Shown piece by piece: positions 1 through 9,177 of a stretch of 64,000 bases of DNA. The number at the start of each line of letters is the position of its first letter. Position 1 is the first letter of the stretch. The stretch covers positions 99,507 to 163,506 of the forward strand of contig QZKJ01000053.1 in assembly GCA_003605035.1 (NCBI GenBank). The letters are read 5' to 3'. The notes below the pieces were generated by a model, which was not told where the DNA came from, made no database searches, and saw nothing but the letters and a program-made list of their open reading frames with translations. The DNA comes from Desulfurivibrio sp. (GTDB lineage Bacteria > Desulfobacterota > Desulfobulbia > Desulfobulbales > SURF-16). A program made the translations under genes and the position numbers.

Positions 1-13
1 GCCCCAGAACTAG

Positions 14-748
14 ATGCAAGCTGTGCCGCCGGGAGTCCTCCTGATTGATAAGCCTGTTGGCCCTACCTCGTATAAAATGGTACAGTTGGTCAAACGGGCT
101 CTGCAGATAAAGAAGGTGGGTCACACCGGCACCCTGGATCCATTTGCCTCGGGGCTGCTGGTCATCTGCGCCGGCCGTCAGGCCACCCGGCTAATCCCGC
201 AGCTCATGGACGGGGAAAAGGAATACACCGCCACCCTGCGGCTCGGCATAGAGACCGACAGTCAGGATCTGACCGGGGTGGTAGTCGGGCGGCATGAGGT
301 AAGCGGCTTGAGCAGGGCGGCCATTGATGACTGCGTGGCAGGGTTTGCCGGCGAACAGCTGCAGCAGCCGCCCTGTTTTTCTGCTTTGAAATACCAGGGA
401 AAACCCTTGTATTATTATGCGAGAAAGGGCATAAAGGTCGAGAAGGAGCCGAGGCCGGTATTTATCCGGGAGATTGAGACGCTGGCCTGGCAGGATGATC
501 AGCTGCTCATCCGGGTGGTATGCGGCAAGGGCACCTATATCCGCACCCTGGCGGCGGATATCGGCGCCGCGCTGGGCTGCGGTGCTCATCTCGTTGAGCT
601 GCGAAGAACGCGCAACGGTCGTTTTTCCGTACAGGACGCCCTGCCGGGTGACGCCCTGCTGCAGGAACGGCAGGCCGCAAGCGCGCTTTTGTTGGAACAT
701 ATGCTTCCTGTGGATGATCTCATCGCAGGATTTTTGAATAACGTCTGA
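14..748 (+). CDS. truB: tRNA pseudouridine(55) synthase TruB
   Basis: 244-aa ORF with LLIDKPVGPTSY and HTGTLDPFASGLL (catalytic Asp) motifs. It sits in the conserved truB-rpsO-pnp order. Confidence 0.9.
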   Translation: MQAVPPGVLLIDKPVGPTSYKMVQLVKRALQIKKVGHTGTLDPFASGLLVICAGRQATRLIPQLMDGEKEYTATLRLGIETDSQDLTGVVVGRHEVSGLSRAAIDDCVAGFAGEQLQQPPCFSALKYQGKPLYYYARKGIKVEKEPRPVFIREIETLAWQDDQLLIRVVCGKGTYIRTLAADIGAALGCGAHLVELRRTRNGRFSVQDALPGDALLQERQAASALLLEHMLPVDDLIAGFLNNV

Positions 749-796
749 TATGTTAACGTAACGAATGACTATTATTTTTTGTAGGAGGATATAATC

Positions 797-1066
797 GTGT
801 CGCTGGAACCTGCTCAGAAGCAAGAAATTATCGAGAAATTTGCAACCCACAAAGATGATACCGGATCGCCCGAGGTTCAGGTCGCCCTGCTCAGCGCCCG
901 GATTACCTATCTGACCGAGCATTTTCAAACCCATAAGAAGGACCACCATTCCCGCCGTGGTCTGTTGAAGCTGGTCGGACAGAGAAGAAGGCTGCTGAAC
1001 TACCTGAAAGGAAAAAACCTGGACAGATACCGTCAGGTCATTAAGGAACTCGGCATCCGCAAGTAG
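797..1066 (+). CDS. rpsO: 30S ribosomal protein S15
   Basis: 89-aa ORF with a GTG start 8 nt after AGGAGG. Contains the S15 signature [34 protein letters not shown]. Confidence 0.95.
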   Translation: MSLEPAQKQEIIEKFATHKDDTGSPEVQVALLSARITYLTEHFQTHKKDHHSRRGLLKLVGQRRRLLNYLKGKNLDRYRQVIKELGIRK

Positions 1067-1316
1067 CCGTTGCCGTAAATCAACCTCGCCGTCTGCTTGC
1101 CAGAGACGGCCTTGGGCGCCGCCACGAAATGATCGAGAGGTTCTTTCCAGCGGCTCCTGAACTGTTTGTCGATGCCGCGGTAAATGCCGGCCCGACAAGG
1201 GTGACAATGCGGCTGTTTCTCTGTCCATGAGGCGGGGAGTGGGCTGCGGCAGCGCCAATATTCTGGAGCAATATCTCGGTGATCCGCCAGGCGGCGGATG
1301 CGCGGTATTGCAAATG

Positions 1317-1355
1317 GTCCAGGATTCATCTGAATCCTGGACTTTTATTATTTTT
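1317..1355 (+). terminator. rho-independent terminator, 250 nt downstream of rpsO
   Basis: Perfect 12-bp stem GTCCAGGATTCA/TGAATCCTGGAC with a 2-nt loop, followed by TTTTATTATTTTT. Confidence 0.75.
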
Positions 1356-1359
1356 AACA

Positions 1360-1500
1360 GGATTACGAATTAGGCCTGAGAAATGAAGGGCCGTGCCCGG
1401 GTGTTCCCGGATCAGGCTGGCCGCTGGTCGTCTGTTGCTGCAGGCCATCGATTCCGGGCGCTCAACCTGCTCTTTATTGTTCAGTCGTAGTTCGTAATCC
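1360..1500 (+). promoter_or_regulatory. pnp 5' leader closed by a long-range stem
   Basis: GGATTACGAATTA (1360-1372) pairs with TAGTTCGTAATCC (1488-1500), giving 13 bp including one G.U. The stem encloses ~115 nt and ends 13 nt before the pnp ATG. Confidence 0.45.
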
Positions 1501-1513
1501 GAAAGGTGAAAGC

Positions 1514-3607
1514 ATGTATAAAAAAGTTGAAGTAGAATTGGGCGGACGTACGCTGACCATTGAAACCGGTAAGATCGCCAAGCAGGCCAATGGCTCGGTG
1601 GTTGTTTCCTATGGCGACAGCGTGGTGCTGGTCACGGCAACCGCGGCAAAAGAGGCAAAGGCTGAGGTTGATTTCTTCCCGCTCACCGTGGAATACCAGG
1701 AGCGCTTTTATGCGGTGGGGAGAATTCCCGGCAGTTACTTCCGCCGGGAAATCGGCCGGCCCACCGAGAAGGAAACCTTGACCTGCCGTTTTATTGATCG
1801 GCCGTTGCGGCCTCTTTTTGCCAAAGGCTATACCAATGAAACGCAGATCATTGCCACGGTGCTGTCAGCCGACAAGGAAAATGATCCGGATATCATGTCC
1901 ATGGTGGGCGCCTCCGCAGCCTTGACCGTCTCGGATCTCCCCTTTCTCGGCCCCATTGCCGGGGTACGGGTCGGTTATATTGACGGCGAGTACGTGCTCA
2001 ATCCCTCCAGGGAACAGCTGACCAGCTCCCGCATGGATCTGATCGTGGCCGGCAGCCGCAAAGCGGTGGTCATGGTGGAAGGCGGGACTGACAATCTGTC
2101 CGAGGAGGAGGTGCTGTCCGGTATTTATTTCGGCCACCAGGGGCTGCAGCCGCTGCTTGACATGCAGGAGGCCCTGCGCCAGGAGGTGGGCCGCGAGAAA
2201 ATGCAGACGGCGGTGCCGGAGCTTGATGCTGCGCTGCAGCAGCGGGTCGCCGAGATCGCCGCTGCCGGCATGCAGCAGGTGGTTACCACGGCGGATAAAA
2301 TGCAGCGGGGTGAGCTCTACGACAAGCTGGAGAAGGAGGTTCTGGCCGAACTGGCAAAGAACGAGGACTTTACCAGCCACCGCGCGGCCAAGGAGCTGCT
2401 CCATGACCTGAAAAAAGCCATGATGCGCGATATGATCGTCAAGGAGGGCAAACGCATTGACGGCCGCGGTTTTGCGGATATCCGGCCCATCAACTGCGAA
2501 ATCGCCATCCTGCCCAGGGCCCATGGCTCCGCCCTGTTTACCCGTGGCGAAACCCAGGCCCTGGTCACCACCACCCTGGGCAGCGGCGAGGATGAACAGC
2601 GGGTGGAAACCCTGGGCGGCATGGAAAATCTGCCCTTCATGCTCCACTACAACTTCCCCCCCTTCTGTGTCGGCGAGGTGCGCTTCATGCGCGGCCCCAG
2701 CCGCCGGGACATCGGCCACGGCGCCCTGGCCACCCGGGCCATCCAGGCCGTGCTGCCGGAGGTGGGCAAGTTCCCGTATACCATCCGCATCGTCTCCGAT
2801 GTGATGGAGTCCAACGGTTCCTCCTCCATGGCCACGGTGTGCGGCGGCAGCCTTTCCCTGATGGATGCCGGCGTGCCCGTCAAGCAGGCCGTTTCCGGCA
2901 TAGCCATGGGACTGATCAAGGACGGGGAGACCGTTGCCGTGCTCTCCGATATTTTAGGTGATGAGGATCATCTCGGCGATATGGATTTCAAGGTGTGCGG
3001 CACGGCCGACGGCATCACCGCTCTGCAGATGGATATCAAGATTGAAGGCATCTCCCGGGAGATCATGACCAAGGCTCTGGAGCAGGCCAAAGCCGGCCGG
3101 CTGCATATCCTGGGGAAGATGGCCGAGGCCATCAGGGAGCCGCGGGAGACCCTGCCTGAACATGCGCCGAAGATTTTCTCCATACAGATCAACCCGGACA
3201 AGATCCGCGATCTTATCGGCCCCGGGGGCAAGATGATCAAGGCCATTACCGCTGAATACGGGGTGAAGATCGATGTAGAGGATTCCGGCAAGGTGATGAT
3301 TTTCGCCCCTGACGGCATTGTCGGCCAGCAGGTTTATGACCGGGTGCATGAGATCACGGCAGAGGTGGAAATCGGCAAGATTTACAAAGGAACCGTGCAG
3401 AAGATTGTCGATTTCGGCGCCTTTGTCGAGATTCTGCCCGGCACCGACGGTCTGGTCCATATCTCGGAACTGGAAGACAAGCGGGTGGAGAAGGTGTCGG
3501 ATATCCTGCAGGAAGGCGATGTGGTCATGGTCAAGGTTCTCAACGTGGACCAGCGTGGTAAGATCCGCCTGAGCCGCAAGGCTGCCATGGCGGAAATGGC
3601 GGAATAA
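1514..3607 (+). CDS. pnp: polyribonucleotide nucleotidyltransferase (PNPase)
   Basis: 697-aa ORF with two RNase PH-like halves followed by KH and S1 regions (GKIYKGTVQKIVDFGAFVEILPGTDGLVHISEL). Confidence 0.97.
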   Translation: MYKKVEVELGGRTLTIETGKIAKQANGSVVVSYGDSVVLVTATAAKEAKAEVDFFPLTVEYQERFYAVGRIPGSYFRREIGRPTEKETLTCRFIDRPLRPLFAKGYTNETQIIATVLSADKENDPDIMSMVGASAALTVSDLPFLGPIAGVRVGYIDGEYVLNPSREQLTSSRMDLIVAGSRKAVVMVEGGTDNLSEEEVLSGIYFGHQGLQPLLDMQEALRQEVGREKMQTAVPELDAALQQRVAEIAAAGMQQVVTTADKMQRGELYDKLEKEVLAELAKNEDFTSHRAAKELLHDLKKAMMRDMIVKEGKRIDGRGFADIRPINCEIAILPRAHGSALFTRGETQALVTTTLGSGEDEQRVETLGGMENLPFMLHYNFPPFCVGEVRFMRGPSRRDIGHGALATRAIQAVLPEVGKFPYTIRIVSDVMESNGSSSMATVCGGSLSLMDAGVPVKQAVSGIAMGLIKDGETVAVLSDILGDEDHLGDMDFKVCGTADGITALQMDIKIEGISREIMTKALEQAKAGRLHILGKMAEAIREPRETLPEHAPKIFSIQINPDKIRDLIGPGGKMIKAITAEYGVKIDVEDSGKVMIFAPDGIVGQQVYDRVHEITAEVEIGKIYKGTVQKIVDFGAFVEILPGTDGLVHISELEDKRVEKVSDILQEGDVVMVKVLNVDQRGKIRLSRKAAMAEMAE

Positions 3608-3613
3608 GCGTCC

Positions 3614-4894
3614 TTGCCATCCATGCATCAGAAAACGGGTTTTGCCAATGGGGTGCGCGTGGTCAGCGAGCATATTCCCCATGCCAGGACGGTCTGTGTC
3701 GGCATCTGGGTTGATGTGGGGGCGCGGGACGAGCATGATCTGACCAACGGCTGCTCCCACTTTGTCGAGCATATGCTCTTTAAAGGCACCCCGAGCCGGT
3801 CGGCCAGCCAGATTGCCATGGAGCTCGATGTGCTGGGCGGCATGTCCAATGCCTTTACCAGCAAGGACGCCACCTGCTATTATGGCATGGTGCTGGATAG
3901 TCAGCTGCCGCGGCTGGTCGACCTGTTAGCCGATTTTTTCCTTAACTCGCTCTTTGCCGACGAGGAGATAGAGCGGGAGCGCCAGGTTATCCTGCAGGAA
4001 ATCAGCATGGTGGAGGACACCCCTGAGGAACAGGTGCACGAGCTGTTCGAGGGGCTGCTCTGGGGCCACCATCCCCTGGGCAACACCATCCTGGGGCCGC
4101 TGGAGGTGGTTTCCCGCATGGACAGGCAGAAGCTGCTTGACCATGTGAAAACATTCTATACCCCGGACCGCCTGGTTTTTGCCGCGGCGGGCAATGTGCA
4201 GCACCAGGAGTTCTGTGAACTGCTGGCCGCCTCCTTTGCCTCGCTCAAGCGGCGGGCCGGAAGCGGGTACCGGCGCAGGGAGCCCCAGGAGATGCCGCTG
4301 GTCCGCAGGGTGTACACCAAGCACCTGGAGCAGGTCCATGTGACCATGGGCACCTACGCCATGTCCGTCACCTCCGAGGAACGCTACAAGCTGATGCTGC
4401 TCAATATCCTGCTGGGCGGCAACATGAGTTCCAGGCTCTTTCAGGAGATCAGGGAAAAACGGGGGCTGGCCTATTCGGTGCACTCCTATGTTGATGCCTA
4501 TGCCGACAGCGGTTACCTGGGCATTTACCTGGGGGTCAATGCCGATAACGTCAACCAGTCCCTGGCCGTGATCAGAGACGAACTCGATAAGCTGAGTCAT
4601 GACCCGGTGACGGCTGCCGAACTGGCCAATGCCAAGGATTATGCCACCACCGGTATTTTTCTTGCCGCCGACAACCTGGAACTGCGCATGACTAGGATTG
4701 CCAGAAATGAACTCTATTTCGGCCACAATGTGGATTTTGACGAGGTGGTGGCCGGACTGACCAGGGTGACTGCCTCAGAGGTGCAGCAGCTTGCCGCAAG
4801 CCTCTTTGCCAGGGGCATGACCAGCGCAGTGCTTGGCCCGGTGGCTGACAAGGATGTGCAGTGGCGCCAGCTGGACGCGCGGGCCGCTTCGTAG
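3614..4894 (+). CDS. M16 (insulinase/pitrilysin) family zinc peptidase
   Basis: 426-aa ORF with the inverted zinc motif HFVEH and MLFKGT. It starts 6 nt after pnp, a common pnp-linked position. Confidence 0.85.
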   Translation: MPSMHQKTGFANGVRVVSEHIPHARTVCVGIWVDVGARDEHDLTNGCSHFVEHMLFKGTPSRSASQIAMELDVLGGMSNAFTSKDATCYYGMVLDSQLPRLVDLLADFFLNSLFADEEIERERQVILQEISMVEDTPEEQVHELFEGLLWGHHPLGNTILGPLEVVSRMDRQKLLDHVKTFYTPDRLVFAAAGNVQHQEFCELLAASFASLKRRAGSGYRRREPQEMPLVRRVYTKHLEQVHVTMGTYAMSVTSEERYKLMLLNILLGGNMSSRLFQEIREKRGLAYSVHSYVDAYADSGYLGIYLGVNADNVNQSLAVIRDELDKLSHDPVTAAELANAKDYATTGIFLAADNLELRMTRIARNELYFGHNVDFDEVVAGLTRVTASEVQQLAASLFARGMTSAVLGPVADKDVQWRQLDARAAS

Positions 4895-4946
4895 CACGCC
4901 CTTCCCGATGAACAGACCCCGGCAATACAGCGGAAAAACAGAGGAG

Positions 4947-5408
4947 ATGATGCAGGCGCCGATTACCCTTTCACTGCGCTGGCTCGATGCTGAGCAGAGC
5001 GCTGATCTGCCTTTGCCGGCTTACCATTCGGAGCTGGCCGCCGGCATGGATGTGGCCAGCGCGCTGCGTGAACCGCTGCACCTGGCCCCGGGGGAGATCA
5101 GTCTGGTGCCCACCGGTTTTGCCGTGGCCATCCCGCCGGGTTTTGAGCTGCAGGTGCGGCCCCGCAGCGGCCTGGCCATCAGGCATGGCATCACGGTGGT
5201 CAACAGCCCCGGCACCATCGATGCCGATTACCGTGGCGAGGTGATGGTGGGCTTGATTAATCTCGGCAGGAAAACATTCACCATCAAGCGGGGTGACCGC
5301 ATTGCCCAGCTGGTGCTGGCCCCGGTCTGCCGGGCCCGGGTGCTGGCGGTGGCGGCCCTGGACGACACCGGGCGGGGCGCCGGCGGTTTCGGCCATTCCG
5401 GCATCTGA
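4947..5408 (+). CDS. dut: dUTP diphosphatase
   Basis: The ORF-track frame 4833..5408 was trimmed to the ATG at 4947, which directly follows GAGGAG. Contains [10 protein letters not shown] and the C-terminal [10 protein letters not shown] dUTPase motifs. Confidence 0.9.
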   Translation: MMQAPITLSLRWLDAEQSADLPLPAYHSELAAGMDVASALREPLHLAPGEISLVPTGFAVAIPPGFELQVRPRSGLAIRHGITVVNSPGTIDADYRGEVMVGLINLGRKTFTIKRGDRIAQLVLAPVCRARVLAVAALDDTGRGAGGFGHSGI

Positions 5409-5466
5409 AGGCCGGCAGAACCGTTTTGCGGGCCAGCCGCCCTCTTTGCTCACCAGGGAATGACGG

Positions 5467-6267
5467 ATGCAGTTTTGCGTACTCGGCAGCGGCAGTAAAG
5501 GCAATGCGACCTATGTGGCGGCCCGGGGCAGGGCCCTGCTCATTGACAGCGGCTTTTCCGCGGTGGAGATCGAGCGCAGGCTTGCCGCCATCGGCGTGGA
5601 GGCCGTCAGTCTGGCCGCCATTCTGCTCACCCATGCCCACAGCGATCATATCAAGGGGGCCGCAGTGCTGGCCCGCAAATACCGGCTGCCGATCTATGCC
5701 AATCAGGGCACCCTGGCCGCGGCTGCCAAAAGTCTCGGCGCGGTGCCCGCCATTTTCGAGTTCCAGACCGGCACCAGCTTTTCTCTCCATGATTTCCACA
5801 TCCATCCCTTTGCCGTCTGCCACGATTGCGTTGATCCGGTGGGCTTTGTCATTGAAAACGGCTCCTGTTCCCTTGGCTACTGCACCGACACCGGCATGGT
5901 GTCGCGGCTGATCCGGCATCGGCTGACCGGCTGCAACGGGCTGGTCATCGAATGCAACCATGATCCCGACCTGCTGAAAAGCGGCCCCTACCCGCTGCAC
6001 CTGCAGCAGCGGGTCAGATCCAGCCAGGGCCATCTGGCCAATGAGGAGGCGGCCCGCTTTGTCGCCGATCTCCTGCATGACGGCCTGCAGCATGTGGTGC
6101 TGGCCCACCTCAGCGAAACCAATAATCACCCTGACCTGGCTTTGGCTGCGGTTGCCGCCGCCCTGCGCTCAGGCAATGAGCTGACGACCGGCATCTCGCT
6201 GGCCTGGCAGGACCGGGCCGGGGAACTGATCACTCTGGCGGAATGTGCCGGCCATGGAGCGGATTAA
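5467..6267 (+). CDS. MBL-fold metallo-hydrolase (YycJ-like)
   Basis: 266-aa ORF with LGSGSKGNA and the metallo-beta-lactamase motif THAHSDH. Confidence 0.8.
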   Translation: MQFCVLGSGSKGNATYVAARGRALLIDSGFSAVEIERRLAAIGVEAVSLAAILLTHAHSDHIKGAAVLARKYRLPIYANQGTLAAAAKSLGAVPAIFEFQTGTSFSLHDFHIHPFAVCHDCVDPVGFVIENGSCSLGYCTDTGMVSRLIRHRLTGCNGLVIECNHDPDLLKSGPYPLHLQQRVRSSQGHLANEEAARFVADLLHDGLQHVVLAHLSETNNHPDLALAAVAAALRSGNELTTGISLAWQDRAGELITLAECAGHGAD

Positions 6268-7042
6268 GCCCCGCTACCCGTGGAGGATGGGCGCCACCTC
6301 CTTTGTCATCCCGGCCGCTATTGAAGAGAACGTCCGTTACCTGGCGGAGCGGGTCGATGATATCCAGCTGCTGTTTTTCGAATCCCCCAGTCAATGCCGC
6401 CTGCCGCAAAAAGTCGATATCAACCTGCTGCAGGGACTTGCGCAGGAGCATGATCTCAGTTATACCGTGCATCTGCCCACGGATATCGCGCCCGGCAGCG
6501 ACAGCAGAGTGATCCGCCAGCAGGGGGTTGATGAAATTGTCCGCCTGATGGAGGAGCTTGCGCCGCTTAATCCCCTCTGCCACGATCTGCATCTGGCCTG
6601 GCCGCCGGAGCTTGCCCGGGAGCGCTGGCTGGCGCATATCAGTGATTTCCTCGACAGGCTCAACAAAGAGCTGGGCCGGGCCGGGGCGGTGGTGGCCATA
6701 GAAAATATCGACTACCCTTTCAGCGCTGTGCGGCAACTGGCGCTGGCCCACGGTTTTGCCCTGTGCGCGGATATCGGCCATGGCCTGTTGTCCGGCCAGG
6801 AGCCGGGCGAACTTTTTGCCGATATCCCCCGGGCCGCGCATATTCATTATCACGGGGTGCGGGACAACAGGGACCACCAGGCCCTGGGGGGAGAGCAGCA
6901 GGCATGTTCCAGGCGCCTTGGCGAGGCGCTGCAGGACCATGGCTTTGCCGGGGTGGTCACCCTGGAGCTGTACCGCAGCGCTGATCTCGAGGTCTCATTA
7001 CGGCATCTTGCGGAAATCTGGCTGTCCTATCAACAGGTTTAA
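6245..7042 (+). CDS. xylose-isomerase-like TIM-barrel protein, possibly the cobamide-remodelling phosphodiesterase CbiR
   Basis: 265-aa ORF. The N-terminus RMGATSFVIPAAIEENVRYLAERVDDIQLLFFES resembles the AP-endonuclease-2/TIM-barrel family I recall for CbiR. It lies directly upstream of cobT-cobS. The family assignment is from memory and has not been searched. Confidence 0.5.
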   Translation: MPAMERIKPRYPWRMGATSFVIPAAIEENVRYLAERVDDIQLLFFESPSQCRLPQKVDINLLQGLAQEHDLSYTVHLPTDIAPGSDSRVIRQQGVDEIVRLMEELAPLNPLCHDLHLAWPPELARERWLAHISDFLDRLNKELGRAGAVVAIENIDYPFSAVRQLALAHGFALCADIGHGLLSGQEPGELFADIPRAAHIHYHGVRDNRDHQALGGEQQACSRRLGEALQDHGFAGVVTLELYRSADLEVSLRHLAEIWLSYQQV

Positions 7043-7107
7043 CTTTCTGAGTTGTGATAATGTTGAAATTAAATAAATATTTTCAGTTTGTCCGCAGCTT
7101 GTTTCCA

Positions 7108-7188
7108 GGGAATTCAGAAGCCAGGAGTCAGGAGCCAGAATAAAACGTAATAAAATCGCTCATTCTGATTTCTGTCTTCTGAATTCCC
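7108..7188 (+). other. long imperfect hairpin in the cbiR-like/cobT spacer
   Basis: 13-bp perfect arms GGGAATTCAGAAG / CTTCTGAATTCCC are extended by ~12 further pairs. Three of these are G.U and form only on the plus-strand RNA. Confidence 0.5.
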
Positions 7189-7276
7189 ATGACGGAGATC
7201 AGAGCAGCAACTATGTTACAAAAATACCGTTATTTCGACAAAATAGATCAAGTCAGCAAGTTGAGGTAAAAGGAAT

Positions 7277-8338
7277 ATGGTACTGAGCAGCAGGGATGAT
7301 CTGAAGGCATTAGTCAAGGAAATTCAGCCGGTTAACCGGCTGGTGATGGAGCAGGCCCAGGCCCGCCTCGACAATCTGACCAAGCCGCGCGGCAGCCTCG
7401 GTGAGCTCGAGGTGCTGGCCAGGCGCATCTGCGGCATCCAGGACACGATCAGACCGGCACTGGGCCGCAAGATTATCCTCACCTTTGCCGCAGACCATGG
7501 GGTGGCAATGGAAGGGGTGAGCAGCGTGCCCCAGGCCGTCACCCGGCAGATGGTTGCCAATTTTCTGCGGGGCGGCGCCGGGGTCAATGTGCTGGCGCGT
7601 CATGTGGGCGCCGAGGTATGGGTCATCGATGTCGGCGTGGCGGCGGAGATCAATGAGGCGGGGCTGATCAGCCGCAAGGTGCGGGCTGGCACGGCGAACC
7701 TGGCGCAGGGGCCGGCCATGGAGGTTGCCGAGGCATTGCAGGCCATGGGCGTTGGCGTGGAAACCGCCCGGGCGGCCATCAGCAAGGGGGCCAGGATTCT
7801 CGGCACCGGTGAGATGGGCATAGCCAACACCACGCCTTCGGCCGCCCTGTTTGCCGCCCTGCTTGGCGTCAAGGTAGAGGAGATCACCGGCCGCGGCACC
7901 GGCATCGATGATGCCACCCTCAATCATAAGATTGCGGTGATCAAGAGAGCGCTGGCGATCAATCAGGCCAGTCTCCAGGACCCCCTGGCAAGCCTGGCCG
8001 CCCTGGGGGGCTTTGAGATCGCCGCCATCTGTGGCATGATCCTCGAGTGCGCCCGCAGCCGGGTTGCCGTGGTGGTGGACGGTTTTATCTCCAGCGCCGG
8101 GGCCCTGGTGGCCTTGCAGCTTGCGGAAAATGCGGGGGATTATTGTTTTTTCAGTCATATGTCGGCTGAGCAGGGGCACCGCATCTTTTTTGATAAACTT
8201 GGCCTTTCTCCTCTCCTCCACCTGAATATGCGGCTGGGCGAAGGAACCGGGGCGGCCCTGGCCATGGGCCTCATCGAGGCCGGGGTGAAAATTATCAACG
8301 AGATGGCCACCTTTGCCGAGGCCGGGGTGAGCGCCTGA
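7277..8338 (+). CDS. cobT: nicotinate-nucleotide--dimethylbenzimidazole phosphoribosyltransferase
   Basis: 353-aa ORF with LDNLTKPRGSLGELE, ADHGV and GEMGIANTT CobT motifs. Confidence 0.92.
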   Translation: MVLSSRDDLKALVKEIQPVNRLVMEQAQARLDNLTKPRGSLGELEVLARRICGIQDTIRPALGRKIILTFAADHGVAMEGVSSVPQAVTRQMVANFLRGGAGVNVLARHVGAEVWVIDVGVAAEINEAGLISRKVRAGTANLAQGPAMEVAEALQAMGVGVETARAAISKGARILGTGEMGIANTTPSAALFAALLGVKVEEITGRGTGIDDATLNHKIAVIKRALAINQASLQDPLASLAALGGFEIAAICGMILECARSRVAVVVDGFISSAGALVALQLAENAGDYCFFSHMSAEQGHRIFFDKLGLSPLLHLNMRLGEGTGAALAMGLIEAGVKIINEMATFAEAGVSA

Positions 8339-8367
8339 CAGCCTGCCGGGCGGGACAGGGATGACAC

Positions 8368-9147
8368 ATGCTGCGAGCCATTGCGGTTGCCATATCTTTT
8401 TTGACCGTCATTCCGCTGAAGGTAAGCGGCGTGACCCGGGAAGATGTCGTCAGAAGCGGGGCCTTCTTCCCTTTGGCCGGCTGGCTTATCGGGCTGGCCA
8501 TGGCCGGTTGCGGCTGGCTGCTGCTGGCGGCAGGGCTTGCTCCTTTTGCCTGCGCCGTACTGCTCGTTGCCTTTGAGGCCTGGCTGACCAGGGGGCTGCA
8601 TCTTGACGGGGTGGCGGACCTGTTTGACGGCCTGGGCGGCAGCTTTGAGCCGGAAAAAAGACTGGCCATCATGAAAGATTCGGCCACCGGCGCTTTCGGC
8701 GTGGTGGGTATTGTGCTGGTCCTGCTGTTGAAAACCGCCGGACTTGCCGCCCTGCTCACGCAGGTGCAGACCTGGCAGGATGTTTCCACTGTTGTGCTGT
8801 TGCTCTGTCTGGCCTTTGTGCCGGCTGCGGCCCGCTGGGCCATGCTGACCCTGGCCTGGAAAAGCCGCTATCCCCGGCAAAGCGGCACCGGACAGCTGTT
8901 TGTCGGGCAGCTGACCGCACAGGAGATTCTGGTCGGCTTGTTGTTCCTGCTGCCGGTGCTGGCGGGGGGCGCCCATGCTCGTACCTTGCTCGGTATTGCC
9001 GCGGTGTGGTACATGACCATGCTGCCGTCCTTCTGGCTGCGTTACCGTGCCCATGAATTGCTGGGCGGGGTCACCGGAGATGTGCTGGGGGCAAGCTGCG
9101 AGTTTGGCGAGGCCCTGGGCTGGCTTGCCGTAACCCTTTTCTTTTGA
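8368..9147 (+). CDS. cobS: adenosylcobinamide-GDP ribazoletransferase (cobalamin synthase)
   Basis: 259-aa polytopic membrane ORF with the FLTVIP start, HLDGVADLFDG and GVTGDVLGA motifs typical of CobS/CobV. Confidence 0.9.
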   Translation: MLRAIAVAISFLTVIPLKVSGVTREDVVRSGAFFPLAGWLIGLAMAGCGWLLLAAGLAPFACAVLLVAFEAWLTRGLHLDGVADLFDGLGGSFEPEKRLAIMKDSATGAFGVVGIVLVLLLKTAGLAALLTQVQTWQDVSTVVLLLCLAFVPAAARWAMLTLAWKSRYPRQSGTGQLFVGQLTAQEILVGLLFLLPVLAGGAHARTLLGIAAVWYMTMLPSFWLRYRAHELLGGVTGDVLGASCEFGEALGWLAVTLFF

Positions 9148-9177
9148 GCAGGCCTTCTTCCGAGGGGGAGCGGGGGG

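Noticed and set aside
1033-1329. Minus-strand ORFs 1033..1329 (98 aa) and 1080..1313 (77 aa) in the rpsO-pnp spacer.
   Set aside because: The start codon of the 98-aa ORF lies inside the terminator hairpin, and it overlaps the rpsO 3' end. Both products are Arg/Pro/Trp-rich with no recognisable motif and no SD. The region is kept only as an unexplained GC-rich spacer.
4833-4946. Extended N-termini in the ORF track for dut (4833), the NifX-like gene (12297), glnN (16467), amtB (20941), cheY (22572), the amidohydrolase (37000), maf (46277), the M48 lipoprotein (49409) and the small ORF (55392).
   Set aside because: In each case an internal ATG is preceded by a clear Shine-Dalgarno sequence and coincides with the start of family-typical sequence. 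The upstream extension is compositionally non-genic or overlaps the neighbouring gene.
7043-7276. An expected cobalamin riboswitch upstream of cobT.
   Set aside because: I could not find a B12-box-like core (GCCACTG-type) or the conserved multi-stem pattern by eye. Only a simple long hairpin is present. An Rfam scan is needed to be certain.
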